Of a stretch of 32,000 bases of DNA, positions 17,654-27,528 are shown piece after piece. Under the pieces are notes generated by a model. That model made no database searches. It was not told where the DNA came from and was given only the letters and a program-made list of their open reading frames with translations. How positions within the stretch are numbered: position 1 is the stretch's first letter; each line of letters starts with the position of its first letter. Position numbers and translations under genes: made by a program. The DNA is from Cereibacter sphaeroides 2.4.1 (GTDB lineage: Bacteria > Pseudomonadota > Alphaproteobacteria > Rhodobacterales > Rhodobacteraceae). The stretch covers positions 1,590,001 through 1,622,000 of the forward strand of contig NC_007493.2 in the NCBI RefSeq assembly GCF_000012905.2, read 5' to 3'.

Positions 17654-18277
17654 TCAGCGGACGAGGACCCTTTCCGGTTTGGGAACACGGACGGGACGGG
17701 CCAAAGCGAAGGCCGCCTGACCCTCTGGGCTGCGCAGCTCGGGGAAGAGTTCCAGAAGTTCGGTCCTCTGCGCGTTGCCCATACCGTTGATAAGACGCGC
17801 CGTCGGCTGGAAGCTCTCGGTCCAGGCTCCGTTCGCCAGCACCACCTCGTGCCGGTCGAACATCAGGTGGAGATAGGTCGTGCCGCTGCACTCGACCTCG
17901 CGGATGCCCCGCGGGCCTACCAGATGCTTCGCGGCCACCAGCACCTCCGGCGCATCGAAATGCAGTGCCGTGCGGTCGCGCGAGACGAGGATCCGGTGGT
18001 TCGGGCTCACCATCATGTCGCGGTCGGGCAGGTCCGGCCCGAGGCTTCCCTTCTCGATCAGCACCGGCTTCAGGTGCGGAAAGGCGGCGAGCGTCGCATG
18101 ATCGAGCCGCCGCCGGCTGATCCAGCGGAGGGGCTGGAGGCCGTTGTCGCGCGTGACGATCCGGTCGCCGGCGGCCAGCGCCTCGACCGCCACCTCGCCG
18201 CGAACGGTCGCGATCAGCGTGCCGGGGGTGAAGCAGGCGACCACGGGCGGCCTGCCGATCTGGATTTGGTCAGCCAT
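17654..18277 (-). CDS. Stand-alone Hint (Hedgehog/intein, Hint_2 / B-type bacterial intein-like) domain protein
   Basis: 207 aa. MADQIQIGRPPVVA precedes CFTPGTLIATVRGEVAVEALAAGDRIVTRDNGLQPLRWI; later SPNHRILV and VLANGAWTESFQP, with tail ELLELFPEL. SD aaggag 6 nt upstream of the ATG at 18277. Confidence 0.8.
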   Translation of the reverse strand: MADQIQIGRPPVVACFTPGTLIATVRGEVAVEALAAGDRIVTRDNGLQPLRWISRRRLDHATLAAFPHLKPVLIEKGSLGPDLPDRDMMVSPNHRILVSRDRTALHFDAPEVLVAAKHLVGPRGIREVECSGTTYLHLMFDRHEVVLANGAWTESFQPTARLINGMGNAQRTELLELFPELRSPEGQAAFALARPVRVPKPERVLVR

Positions 18278-18304
18278 GGTGGCTCCTTCCCGCGTTCCCG
18301 CGCC

Positions 18305-18464
18305 GCGGATCGGGACAGGCCCGGGTCGCGGCTCCGCAATGCGGATCGGGAGACCTCCGGTGCTGCTCCGGGCGCGACGACCCGGAGCCGGCGAAAGGCG
18401 ATATGAAAAGCATCAGGATCAAATGAACTCTGGCCTCAAGCCGCACCTGGAACTCCCGATCCGC
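18305..18464. repeat. 11-mer GCGGATCGGGA present three times: 18305-18315 and 18341-18351 direct, 18454-18464 inverted
   Basis: Exact matches read from the sequence. They lie 28-187 nt upstream of the Hint gene start. A 9-mer ccgcacctg is also duplicated at 18441-18449 and 18461-18469. Confidence 0.9.
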
Positions 18465-18815
18465 ACCTGCGGTTGCCCGGTCAAACTCACCGCCGCAAGG
18501 TCCGGCGCCACCAAGGCGGGACATTAAAACAGTAGCAATTTCTGCGGCTTGCCCCAAGGACAACGCAGGAGGCCCGCTGTCTCCATGCCCTGCGCCGCAG
18601 GTCTGACGGGCAGGCGATGGGCAGGAAATCAACCGGCGCTGGCAGAGCCTGTCCCTCGCGCGGAAGGGCGCCTCGGCCCGCATTGATGGCGATCCCTCAA
18701 GCGGCACGGGGGATTGGTCAGATGCTGGGGGGATCCGGCGCTCGCGGCAGGATGAGACACCCGTCCGAGGCACAACTTGCGCTTGAAAGATCGGTTGGGA
18801 TGCCCGACCGGGCTT

Positions 18816-18992
18816 TCAGAGCCGTCCTAGTAGGCGCCGGACGTCCGTCTCGGTTCCGTTGGCGCGAATTGCGCCATGTCCGTCCCTGCGAACGGGCGCG
18901 CCCTGTGGGATCTGCCCCCGGCGAGACCGCGAGATCCCGAGGCACTGATCCGCGCGCGCGAGCGCAGCCCCGGTCGAGAGCTGAAATCCCAT
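18816..18992 (-). CDS. Candidate small ORF (58 aa), weakly supported
   Basis: Near-perfect SD/start GGGAGGAAGACCATG. However, codon-position GC is about 76/60/74%, which is not the strong GC3 bias of neighbouring genes, and the product MGFQLSTGAALARADQCLG... has no hydrophobic core or motif. Confidence 0.2.
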   Translation of the reverse strand: MGFQLSTGAALARADQCLGISRSRRGQIPQGAPVRRDGHGAIRANGTETDVRRLLGRL

Positions 18993-19017
18993 GGTCTTCC
19001 TCCCACTGATCCGCGCG
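18943..19017. repeat. 14-bp direct repeat CACTGATCCGCGCG (18943-18956 and 19004-19017)
   Basis: Exact duplicate with copies 61 bp apart. The copies bracket the start codon and SD of the 18816-18992 candidate ORF. Confidence 0.85.
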
Positions 19018-19096
19018 GCGCGCGCGCGGCCCACCCGTTGAGATCGGGGGACCGGGAAGCGGCTGGGCGCCGTTTTCACTGGAATATCCGGATCAC

Positions 19097-19180
19097 TGGT
19101 GCGGCTGGTCGGACTCGAACCGACACTCCGTGAGGAAAGGGTGTTTGAGACCCCCGCGTCTACCATTCCGCCACAACCGC
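19097..19180 (-). tRNA. tRNA-Leu (anticodon CAA), CCA encoded
   Basis: The reverse complement GCGGTTGTGGCGGAATGGTAGACGCGGGGGTCTCAAACACCCTTTCCTCACGGAGTGTCGGTTCGAGTCCGACCAGCCGCACCA folds as a cloverleaf. Acceptor GCGGTTG/CAGCCGC, anticodon loop CUCAAAC, long variable arm, T-arm GTCGG-TTCGAGT-CCGAC. Confidence 0.9.
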
Positions 19181-19191
19181 ACGCGAGGCAC

Positions 19192-19220
19192 GGTGTAGCT
19201 TGAGGCCCCGCCTCCGTCAA
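19192..19220 (-). promoter_or_regulatory. Candidate sigma70-type promoter for tRNA-Leu (TTGACG-N17-TACACC)
   Basis: On the minus strand the -35 is at 19220-19215 and the -10 at 19197-19192. The -10 ends 11 nt upstream of the mature tRNA 5' end. Confidence 0.35.
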
Positions 19221-19364
19221 TCTGCCGAAGCCGGACCCTTCGGGAGGCAGTGACGGCCGTGGCCGGACGGGCAGCGGGGCCGCGACCGGCACACGGTCTT
19301 TCGTCTTGACCGCCGCCGGCGCGCATGCTGCAACCCGCGCGACACCGAAGCTGGAGGCGGAGCG

Positions 19365-19829
19365 ATGACACGCAGGTTCCTGATGCTGGCAGCCGCTGCC
19401 GGATCGGCCGGGCTCTTGCTCGGCGCACTGGCCTTCCAGTTCATCGGCGGTCTGCCGCCCTGCCCGCTCTGCCTCTGGCAGCGCTGGCCGCACCTGCTGG
19501 CGGTGCTCGCGGGGGCGGTGGCGTTCGTCTGGCCTGCGCGGATCGTGGCGCTTCTCGGGGCGCTCGGCGCGGCGACCTCGGCCGGGGTCGGCCTCTTCCA
19601 TGTCGGCGTCGAGCAGAAATGGTGGGAAGGGCTCGCCTCCTGTTCGACCGGCTCGATCGAGGGCATCTCGGCCGCCGACCTGCTGAACCCGTCGGTCGAT
19701 CTGGGGCCGGTGGTGCGCTGCGACGAGATCGCCTGGCAGATGCTGGGGATCTCGATGGCGGGCTGGAACGTGATCCTCTCGGCGCTCCTGGCGGCGCTCT
19801 GGATCGCGGCCGCGCTGAAGCGGGACTGA
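19365..19829 (+). CDS. dsbB: Disulfide bond formation protein B (DsbB family)
   Basis: 154 aa, 4 predicted TM segments. CPLC redox pair after TM1 (GGLPPCPLCLWQRWPH) and a second Cys pair in the large loop (CSTGS...VVRCDE). SD ggagg upstream. Confidence 0.8.
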   Translation: MTRRFLMLAAAAGSAGLLLGALAFQFIGGLPPCPLCLWQRWPHLLAVLAGAVAFVWPARIVALLGALGAATSAGVGLFHVGVEQKWWEGLASCSTGSIEGISAADLLNPSVDLGPVVRCDEIAWQMLGISMAGWNVILSALLAALWIAAALKRD

Positions 19830-19843
19830 TCCGGGCCTCCGCC

Positions 19844-20530
19844 TCACAGATCCGCGCGCAGCCGGTAGCCCGGCGCATGGAGGAGACGCACCGAGGTGAT
19901 CGGGCGGCCCTCCGCCTCCGTCACCCGCTCGCAGAGAAAGAGCGCGGCGCCCGGTGCGCAGCCGAGGATGTCCGCCTCCTCGGGGCTCGCGTTCGCGGCC
20001 GAGAAGACGATGTCGCCGCCGGTCCAGGGCACATGGCTCACCAGCCACTCGTTCGGGCTGATGCGGCGGAAATCGGGCGCGGGCTCGGGCAGCACGGCCG
20101 GATCGAGCCAGCGCTCCTCGTAGATCGCGGGCCGGTTGTCGGCCAGATGCAGACCCCGCAGCCGGAGGAGAGGCACCCCCGGCAGGCTCCGAAAGAGCGA
20201 GGCCACGGCGGGGGGCGGCTCGGCCCGGCGCTCCTCGATCAGGTGAAACGCATAGCTCTGCCCGCGGCCCTCGATCTCGAGCCGCGTCACGGGAATATCG
20301 AAACGCGCGCGCCGCACCGGATGAAGCGCCACCCGCGTGCCGGCCTTGCGGCGGCGCTCCAGTAGCCCGGCCGCGGCCAGATCGCGCAACGCCCGGTTCA
20401 CGGTGGTGCGGGCGCAGCCAAGTTCCTCGGCCAGCGCCTCCTCCGTCGGGATCAGCGTCCCCGGCGCCCAATGGCGCGCCTCGATCCGGCGCAGCACCTC
20501 GGCGCGGATGTCCTCCCAGCCGAGCGCCAT
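19844..20530 (-). CDS. hutC: Histidine utilization repressor, GntR/HutC family (wHTH + UTRA domain)
   Basis: 228 aa. LIPTEEALAEELGCARTTVNRALRDLAAAGLLERRRKAGTRV (GntR HTH) with a UTRA-like C-terminal domain. The start ATG overlaps the hutF stop by 1 nt (TGATG). Confidence 0.85.
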   Translation of the reverse strand: MALGWEDIRAEVLRRIEARHWAPGTLIPTEEALAEELGCARTTVNRALRDLAAAGLLERRRKAGTRVALHPVRRARFDIPVTRLEIEGRGQSYAFHLIEERRAEPPPAVASLFRSLPGVPLLRLRGLHLADNRPAIYEERWLDPAVLPEPAPDFRRISPNEWLVSHVPWTGGDIVFSAANASPEEADILGCAPGAALFLCERVTEAEGRPITSVRLLHAPGYRLRADL

Positions 20531-21897
20531 CAGAGGAGCCCCCGCAGCCGCGCCATCACCCGCCGGTAGCCGGCCTCGATCCGCGAGCGGGCGACATGGC
20601 GGCCGCCCGTCACGACATGGCGCCCGGCCGACCAGACCTCCGAGACCATCCGGTCGCTGCCCGCGAAGATCCAGGCGTCGAGGAGCCCGTCGCCGGAACG
20701 TCCCTCGAGATCGACCGCCCCCCGGTCGAGCGCAAGGAGATCGGCCCAGAGCCCCGGCGCGAGCGCGCCCGACGCCCTTCCCGCGGCCTGCGCCCCGCCC
20801 GCCAGCGCCGCCTCATGGAGCACGCGTCCGCTCGACCCGCCGGCGGTGGCGAAGGGCGCCCGCACCCGGTCGCGCAGTCGCTGCGAATAGTCGAGCTGGC
20901 GCAGTTCCTCGGACAGCGCGATGCGGATGTTGCTGTCCGAGCCGATCCCGAAGCGCCCGCCCGCCGCCAGATAGCGCGCCCCGTCGAAGATCCCGTCACC
21001 GAGGTTGGCTTCCGTCACCGGACAGAGACCCGCGACCGCGCCGGTCCGGGCCAGCCGGTCGGTCTCGACGGGCTGCATCTGGGTGCAATGGATCAGGCAC
21101 CAGCGAGCGTCGACCGGCTGATGGTCGAGGAGCCAGCTCACGGGGCGCGCGCCGAGCGCTGCCTCCACCTCCGCCACCTCTGCCGCCTGCTCGGCCAGAT
21201 GCATGTGAATGGGCCCGGAGCCCGCCAGAGCCACGGCGGCCTGAAGCCCCTGCGCGCTCACGGCGCGCAGCGAATGGGGCGCCACACCCAGGGTGGCATC
21301 GGCGGGAAGGCCGGCCAGCGCCCGCCGCGCGCCGTCGAGGAGGCCCGCATAGGAGGCCAGATCCGAGCCGAACCGCACCTGCCCCGGCGCGAGCGCCCGC
21401 CCGTCGCAGCCGCCCTGCTGATAGAGCACCGGCAGCAGCGTGAGCCCCAGCCCCGAGGTCTCGGAGGCCGCGCAGATCCGCGCCGCCATCTCGGCCGGAT
21501 CGGCATAGGCGCGCCCGTCCGGCCGGTGGTGGAGATAGTGGAATTCCGCCACCGCCGCGAAGCCCGCCTCGAGCATCTCGATCTGGGCGAAGGCGGCAAT
21601 CGCCTCGACCTCGTCGGGCGTGAGGCTCTCGAGGAAGCGGAACATGAGCCGCCGCCAGGTCCAGAAACTGTCCTGCCCGTCGGGGCCGCGGCCCTCGGTG
21701 AGGCCGGCCATGGCGCGCTGGAAGGCGTGGGAATGCAGGTTCACCGGCGCCGGCAGGAGACAGCCCACCCGCACCGCCTCCGCCCCGGCAGCCGTGCCGG
21801 GGAGGACCGAGGCGATCTTCCCGCCCTCGATGCGGATCGTCACGTCCCGGGCCCAGCCCTCGGGCAGGAGCGCCTCCTCGGCATGGATGAGCTGCAT
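20530..21897 (-). CDS. hutF: Formimidoylglutamate deiminase
   Basis: 455 aa amidohydrolase-fold protein. [21 protein letters not shown] and GSDSN motifs typical of HutF. Sits in the hut cluster. SD GGGGAGGGG upstream. Confidence 0.85.
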   Translation of the reverse strand: MQLIHAEEALLPEGWARDVTIRIEGGKIASVLPGTAAGAEAVRVGCLLPAPVNLHSHAFQRAMAGLTEGRGPDGQDSFWTWRRLMFRFLESLTPDEVEAIAAFAQIEMLEAGFAAVAEFHYLHHRPDGRAYADPAEMAARICAASETSGLGLTLLPVLYQQGGCDGRALAPGQVRFGSDLASYAGLLDGARRALAGLPADATLGVAPHSLRAVSAQGLQAAVALAGSGPIHMHLAEQAAEVAEVEAALGARPVSWLLDHQPVDARWCLIHCTQMQPVETDRLARTGAVAGLCPVTEANLGDGIFDGARYLAAGGRFGIGSDSNIRIALSEELRQLDYSQRLRDRVRAPFATAGGSSGRVLHEAALAGGAQAAGRASGALAPGLWADLLALDRGAVDLEGRSGDGLLDAWIFAGSDRMVSEVWSAGRHVVTGGRHVARSRIEAGYRRVMARLRGLL

Positions 21898-21907
21898 GGC
21901 CCCTCCC

Positions 21908-21947
21908 CTTGACAGGTTCCATTATGTGCACACAAATTACGATCAAG
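21908..21947. promoter_or_regulatory. hut divergent control region: perfect -35 TTGACA (21909-21914), palindrome TGTGCACA (21925-21932), outer inverted repeat CTTGA...TCAAG
   Basis: Read directly from cttgacaggttccattatgtgcacacaaattacgatcaag. The region is AT-rich relative to its flanks and lies between hutF-hutC and hutIHU. It is a candidate HutC operator overlapping the hutIHU promoter. Confidence 0.4.
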
Positions 21948-21968
21948 CGCGCTCAGAAGGCAAGATGC

Positions 21969-23156
21969 ATGATGATTCTCGGCAATCTGCGGGTGGCAAC
22001 GCTGAGCGACGGCTACGGGCTGATCCCCGACGCCGCGATCCTGATCGAGGGCGGCCGCATCCAATGGGTCGGTCCCGAGGCCCACCTGCCGCCCTCCGCT
22101 GCGCCCCGGCACGACATGGGCGGGCGGCTCTGCACGCCCGCGCTGATCGACTGCCATACCCATGCGGTCTTCGCAGGCACCCGCGCGGCCGAGTTCGAGA
22201 TGCGGCTGAAGGGCGCCTCCTATGCCGAGGTGGCGGCAGCGGGCGGCGGCATCGTCTCGACGGTGATGGCCACCCGCGCCGCCGGCGCCGACGAGCTTCT
22301 GGCGGCGAGCCTGCCCCGGATCGATGCGATGCTGGCGGGCGGCGTCGGCACGGTCGAGATCAAGTCGGGCTACGGGCTCGACATCGAGACCGAGCTCCGG
22401 ATGCTGCGCGTCGCGCGCCGGATCGGTGAGCTGCGCAAGGTCCGGGTCCGCACGAGCTTTCTCGGCGCCCATGCCGTGCCGCCGGACCATCGCGGCCGTC
22501 CCGACGCCTATCTGGCCGAAGTCGTGCTGCCCGCGCTGAAGGTGGCGCAGGACGAGGGACTCGTCGATGCGGTGGATGGGTTCTGCGAGGGCATCGCCTT
22601 CTCGCCCGCGCAGATCGCCCATCTCTTCGCACAGGCGCACAAGCTGCGGCTGCCGGTGAAGCTTCATGCCGAGCAGCTTTCGAACCTCGGCGGCGCGGCG
22701 CTGGCGGCGCGCCACGATGCGCTCTCGGCCGATCATCTCGAATATCTCGATGCCGAGGGCGTGGCGGCGCTCGCCGCGGCGGGAACCGTGGCCGTGCTGC
22801 TGCCCGGCGCCTTCTACGCACTGCGCGAGACGCAGGCACCCCCGGTGGCGGCGCTCCGCGCGGCGGGCGTGCCGATGGCGGTGGCGACCGACCTGAACCC
22901 CGGCACCTCTCCGCTGGGCGCGTTGGGGCTCGCCATGAACATGGCCTGCACCCTCTTCCGCCTGACGCCAGAGGAGGCTCTGGCCGGCACCACGATCCAT
23001 GCCGCCCGTGCACTCGGGCTCTCCGACACCGGCCGCATCGCGCCGGGCTTCCGCGCCGATCTCGCCATCTGGGAGGCCGAGCATCCGGCCGAACTCAGCT
23101 GGCGCATCGGCCCCGCGCCCCTCCATGCCCGCCTCCACGAGGGAGAGTTCGTCTGA
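21969..23156 (+). CDS. hutI: Imidazolonepropionase
   Basis: About 395 aa. [22 protein letters not shown] and [10 protein letters not shown] motifs. The start could be ATG 21969 or 21972. The stop overlaps the hutH start (TGATG). Confidence 0.9.
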   Translation: MMILGNLRVATLSDGYGLIPDAAILIEGGRIQWVGPEAHLPPSAAPRHDMGGRLCTPALIDCHTHAVFAGTRAAEFEMRLKGASYAEVAAAGGGIVSTVMATRAAGADELLAASLPRIDAMLAGGVGTVEIKSGYGLDIETELRMLRVARRIGELRKVRVRTSFLGAHAVPPDHRGRPDAYLAEVVLPALKVAQDEGLVDAVDGFCEGIAFSPAQIAHLFAQAHKLRLPVKLHAEQLSNLGGAALAARHDALSADHLEYLDAEGVAALAAAGTVAVLLPGAFYALRETQAPPVAALRAAGVPMAVATDLNPGTSPLGALGLAMNMACTLFRLTPEEALAGTTIHAARALGLSDTGRIAPGFRADLAIWEAEHPAELSWRIGPAPLHARLHEGEFV

Positions 23157-24679
23157 TGGAAATCCTCGTCCCGGGCCAAGCCACGCTCGCGCAGCTCGAA
23201 GCGATCTGGCGCGAGGGGCGGCGCGCGCGTCTGGCCCCCGAGGCGCGCCCCGCCGTCGAGGCGGCCGCCGCCCGCGTGGCCGAGGCCGCGGCCGGCACGG
23301 CGCCGGTCTATGGCGTGAACACGGGCTTCGGCAAGCTCGCGAGCCTCAAGATCGCTCCGGCCGATACGGCGCAACTGCAACGCAACCTGATCCTGTCGCA
23401 CTGCTGCGGCGTGGGCGAGCCTATGCCCCCGTCCACGGCGCGGCTGATGATTGCGCTGAAGCTCCTGTCGCTCGGCCGCGGCGCCTCGGGCGTGCGCTGG
23501 GAGATCGTGGCGCTGCTCGAAGGCATGCTGGCCGCGGGCGTCACGCCGGTGATCCCGGCGCAGGGGTCGGTCGGCGCGAGCGGCGATCTGGCACCCCTCG
23601 CCCATATGGCCGCGGTCATGATCGGCGAGGGCGAGGCCGAGGTCGGCGGCAGGCGCCTGCCCGGTGCCGCGGCGCTGGCCGAGGCCGGTCTTGCCCCGGT
23701 GGCCCTCGGACCCAAGGAAGGGCTCGCCCTCATCAACGGCACGCAATTCTCGACCGCCTATGCCCTCGCCGGCCTCTTCGAGGGCTGGCGCGCCGCTCAG
23801 GCGGCCCTGGTGATCTCGGCCCTCTCCACCGATGCGATCATGGGCTCGACTGCGCCGCTCCGCCCCGAGATCCACGCGCTGCGCGGCCATGCGGGCCAGA
23901 TCGAGGCGGCCGCCACCATGCGCGCCCTGCTCGAAGGCTCGGCCATCCGCGAGAGCCACCGTGAGGGCGACCAGCGGGTGCAGGACCCCTACTGCATCCG
24001 CTGCCAGCCGCAGGTGACGGGCGCCGCGATGGATGTGCTGCGCATGGCGGCGGGCACGCTGGCCACCGAGGCCAATGCCGCCACCGACAATCCGCTCGTG
24101 CTCTCGGACGGGCGCATCGTCTCGGGAGGCAACTTCCATGCCGAGCCCGTGGGCTTCGCCGCCGACATGATCGCGCTGGCGCTCTCCGAGATCGGCGCCA
24201 TCGCGCAGCGCCGCGTGGCGCTGATGGTGGATCCGACGCTCTCCTTCGACCTTCCGCCCTTCCTCACCCCCGAGCCGGGGCTGAATTCCGGGCTGATGAT
24301 CGCCGAAGTGACGACGGCCGCGCTCATGAGCGAGAACAAGCACATGGCCGCCCCCACCGTCACCGACAGCACGCCCACCTCCGCCAATCAGGAAGATCAT
24401 GTCAGCATGGCGGCCCATGGCGCGCGCAGGCTCGGCCGGATGGTCGAGAACCTCGCGGTGATCCTCGGGACCGAGGCGATCTGCGCCGCGCAAGGGGTGG
24501 AGTTCCGCGCGCCCCTCGCCACCTCCGCCCCGCTCGGCGCCGTGCTGGCGCGGTTGCGCGCCGAGGTGCCGCGGATCGCGGCCGACCGCATCCTCGCCCC
24601 CGACCTCGCCGCGGCCGCCCGCCTCGTGCGCACAGGCGCGCTGGCCCGGGCCGCGGGCCTTCCCTTTCCCGCCCTCTGA
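23156..24679 (+). CDS. hutH: Histidine ammonia-lyase
   Basis: 507 aa. MIO-forming [16 protein letters not shown] motif, plus YGVNTGFG and NQEDHVSMA. Confidence 0.95.
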   Translation: MEILVPGQATLAQLEAIWREGRRARLAPEARPAVEAAAARVAEAAAGTAPVYGVNTGFGKLASLKIAPADTAQLQRNLILSHCCGVGEPMPPSTARLMIALKLLSLGRGASGVRWEIVALLEGMLAAGVTPVIPAQGSVGASGDLAPLAHMAAVMIGEGEAEVGGRRLPGAAALAEAGLAPVALGPKEGLALINGTQFSTAYALAGLFEGWRAAQAALVISALSTDAIMGSTAPLRPEIHALRGHAGQIEAAATMRALLEGSAIRESHREGDQRVQDPYCIRCQPQVTGAAMDVLRMAAGTLATEANAATDNPLVLSDGRIVSGGNFHAEPVGFAADMIALALSEIGAIAQRRVALMVDPTLSFDLPPFLTPEPGLNSGLMIAEVTTAALMSENKHMAAPTVTDSTPTSANQEDHVSMAAHGARRLGRMVENLAVILGTEAICAAQGVEFRAPLATSAPLGAVLARLRAEVPRIAADRILAPDLAAAARLVRTGALARAAGLPFPAL

Positions 24680-24689
24680 GGAGCAGCCC

Positions 24690-26372
<1,683 letters not shown>

Positions 26373-26478
26373 TCCGCCACGGCCCGCCCCCCTCGCCCCT
26401 TCATTCTGGCGCAAATATCCTCGGGGGGCGCGGGGGGCAGACAGCCCCCCGTCCGCCATCGGCCCCTCGCGCTTCCCG

Positions 26479-27399
26479 TCAGAGATGGAGGGGGTTCGAC
26501 CAGGCCCGCCGCCCGGCCGCATCGCGGATCGTCACCCGCAGGAAGGGGCTCGCCCGGAACCGTTCGATCGGCAGGCGCGCGCGGGTCATCGAGGCGCCGT
26601 GAAGCGCGGTCGCGGCCGTGCCCGCCCCCTGCAGCACGATGGCCGTCACCGCCGAACACTCCAGCTCGATCCAGTCGCCCTCCAGCGAGACACGGCGCAG
26701 CTCCGGCCCCTGGCTCGCATAGAAATCGCCCCGCTTCAGCGCGGCGAGCAGCGCCTTGGGTTCATTCTCCTCGGCCTTCACCATGACCCAGCCGCCGAAA
26801 TGGTCGGGCTCGGTGAAATGCGCATCGTCCGTGGCGATCAGCGTGAGCCGCCGCCCCTCGGTCAGCAGGAGGTCGGCCAGCGCGGCGCCGTCCGGGCGTT
26901 CGCAGCCCATGGCGCAACCGTGGTTGTAGATCTCGACCGCATGGGCGGCCGAGAGGCTCCGCGCATCGGCCAGCGTCAGACCCGACCATTGCGGATGGGC
27001 CACCGCCACGAAGGCGCCCGCCGCCACGGCGCGCGCGGCGAGTGCGGGCCCCGTCTCCTGCCCGGGGCCCGCGCGGAAGTCCGGCACATCGGGCGGGGTG
27101 AAATCCTCGGGCAGACCGACGGCCAGGATATGCCAGAGCTCGCCATTCTCCATCGGCCCCGAATGCAGCTCGGCCCCGGGGAGCGTCGTGAAGCCCGGCG
27201 CGCGGAAGGGGCGCGTGTCGGTGATCGGATAGCCGTAGCGGCCCACGAAATGATCGGTCAGCGCGAGGAAATCGTAGCCCTCGTCGCGGTAGCGCCGGCA
27301 GACCTCGGCGGGCTCGAGACAGCCGTCCGAGCGGGTCGAATGGGTATGGAGGTTCCCGCGCCAGAAGCGGCCGGGAGCGGTGAAGGCAGAGAGCGTCAT
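26479..27399 (-). CDS. PHP (polymerase/histidinol phosphatase) family metal-dependent phosphoesterase
   Basis: About 306 aa from MTLSAFTAPGRFWRGNLHTHSTRSDGCL...YDFLALTDHF...VAHP...ATDDAHF, which are PHP His/Asp metal-ligand motifs. The ATG at 27399 has SD aagga; the track ORF opens at 27462. Confidence 0.75.
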   Translation of the reverse strand: MTLSAFTAPGRFWRGNLHTHSTRSDGCLEPAEVCRRYRDEGYDFLALTDHFVGRYGYPITDTRPFRAPGFTTLPGAELHSGPMENGELWHILAVGLPEDFTPPDVPDFRAGPGQETGPALAARAVAAGAFVAVAHPQWSGLTLADARSLSAAHAVEIYNHGCAMGCERPDGAALADLLLTEGRRLTLIATDDAHFTEPDHFGGWVMVKAEENEPKALLAALKRGDFYASQGPELRRVSLEGDWIELECSAVTAIVLQGAGTAATALHGASMTRARLPIERFRASPFLRVTIRDAAGRRAWSNPLHL

Positions 27400-27528
27400 G
27401 GGCGGGTCCTTGGCTGATCGGCCCGAGACTAGCCGGCCGGTGGCTCTCAGGGAATGGCCCACGCCGAGGCCCTTCCTTCATCGCCATCGCGCGCTATGCT
27501 GAAACGGGGCTTGCAGAGAGGGCGGCGC

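Noticed and set aside
18530-18815. Cobalamin or other known riboswitch, or SRP/6S-type RNA, in the ORF-poor tract
   Set aside because: GGAAATCAACCGGCGCTGGC superficially recalls the B12 aptamer core. However, no GCCACTG or B12-box-like element and no SRP domain IV motif could be found on either strand. Only a covariance-model scan could settle it.
19090-19095. TGATCC (minus strand) immediately downstream of the tRNA, resembling my recollection of the -35 element of the R. sphaeroides RpoE regulon
   Set aside because: No TAAGA-like -10 at 16-18 nt spacing (the sequence there is ccagtgaaaa). My memory of the consensus is also uncertain.
19076-19099. 7-bp direct repeat TCACTGG (19076-19082 and 19093-19099) overlapping the tRNA-Leu CCA end, as an att-site scar
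   Set aside because: Too short to be distinguished from chance. No longer duplication of the tRNA 3' half and no integrase or excisionase gene nearby.
18816-20471. 551-aa minus-strand ORF running through tRNA-Leu and antisense to dsbB and hutC
   Set aside because: It crosses a tRNA gene and real CDSs and has a low-complexity product. Only its last 58 codons (behind a strong SD) were kept, as a low-confidence candidate.
26432-26450. Hairpin GGGGGGC-agaca-GCCCCCC between hutU and the PHP gene, as a bidirectional terminator
   Set aside because: The 7-bp GC stem is real, but neither strand has a following U-tract. Kept only as a possible RNA-stability element and not annotated.
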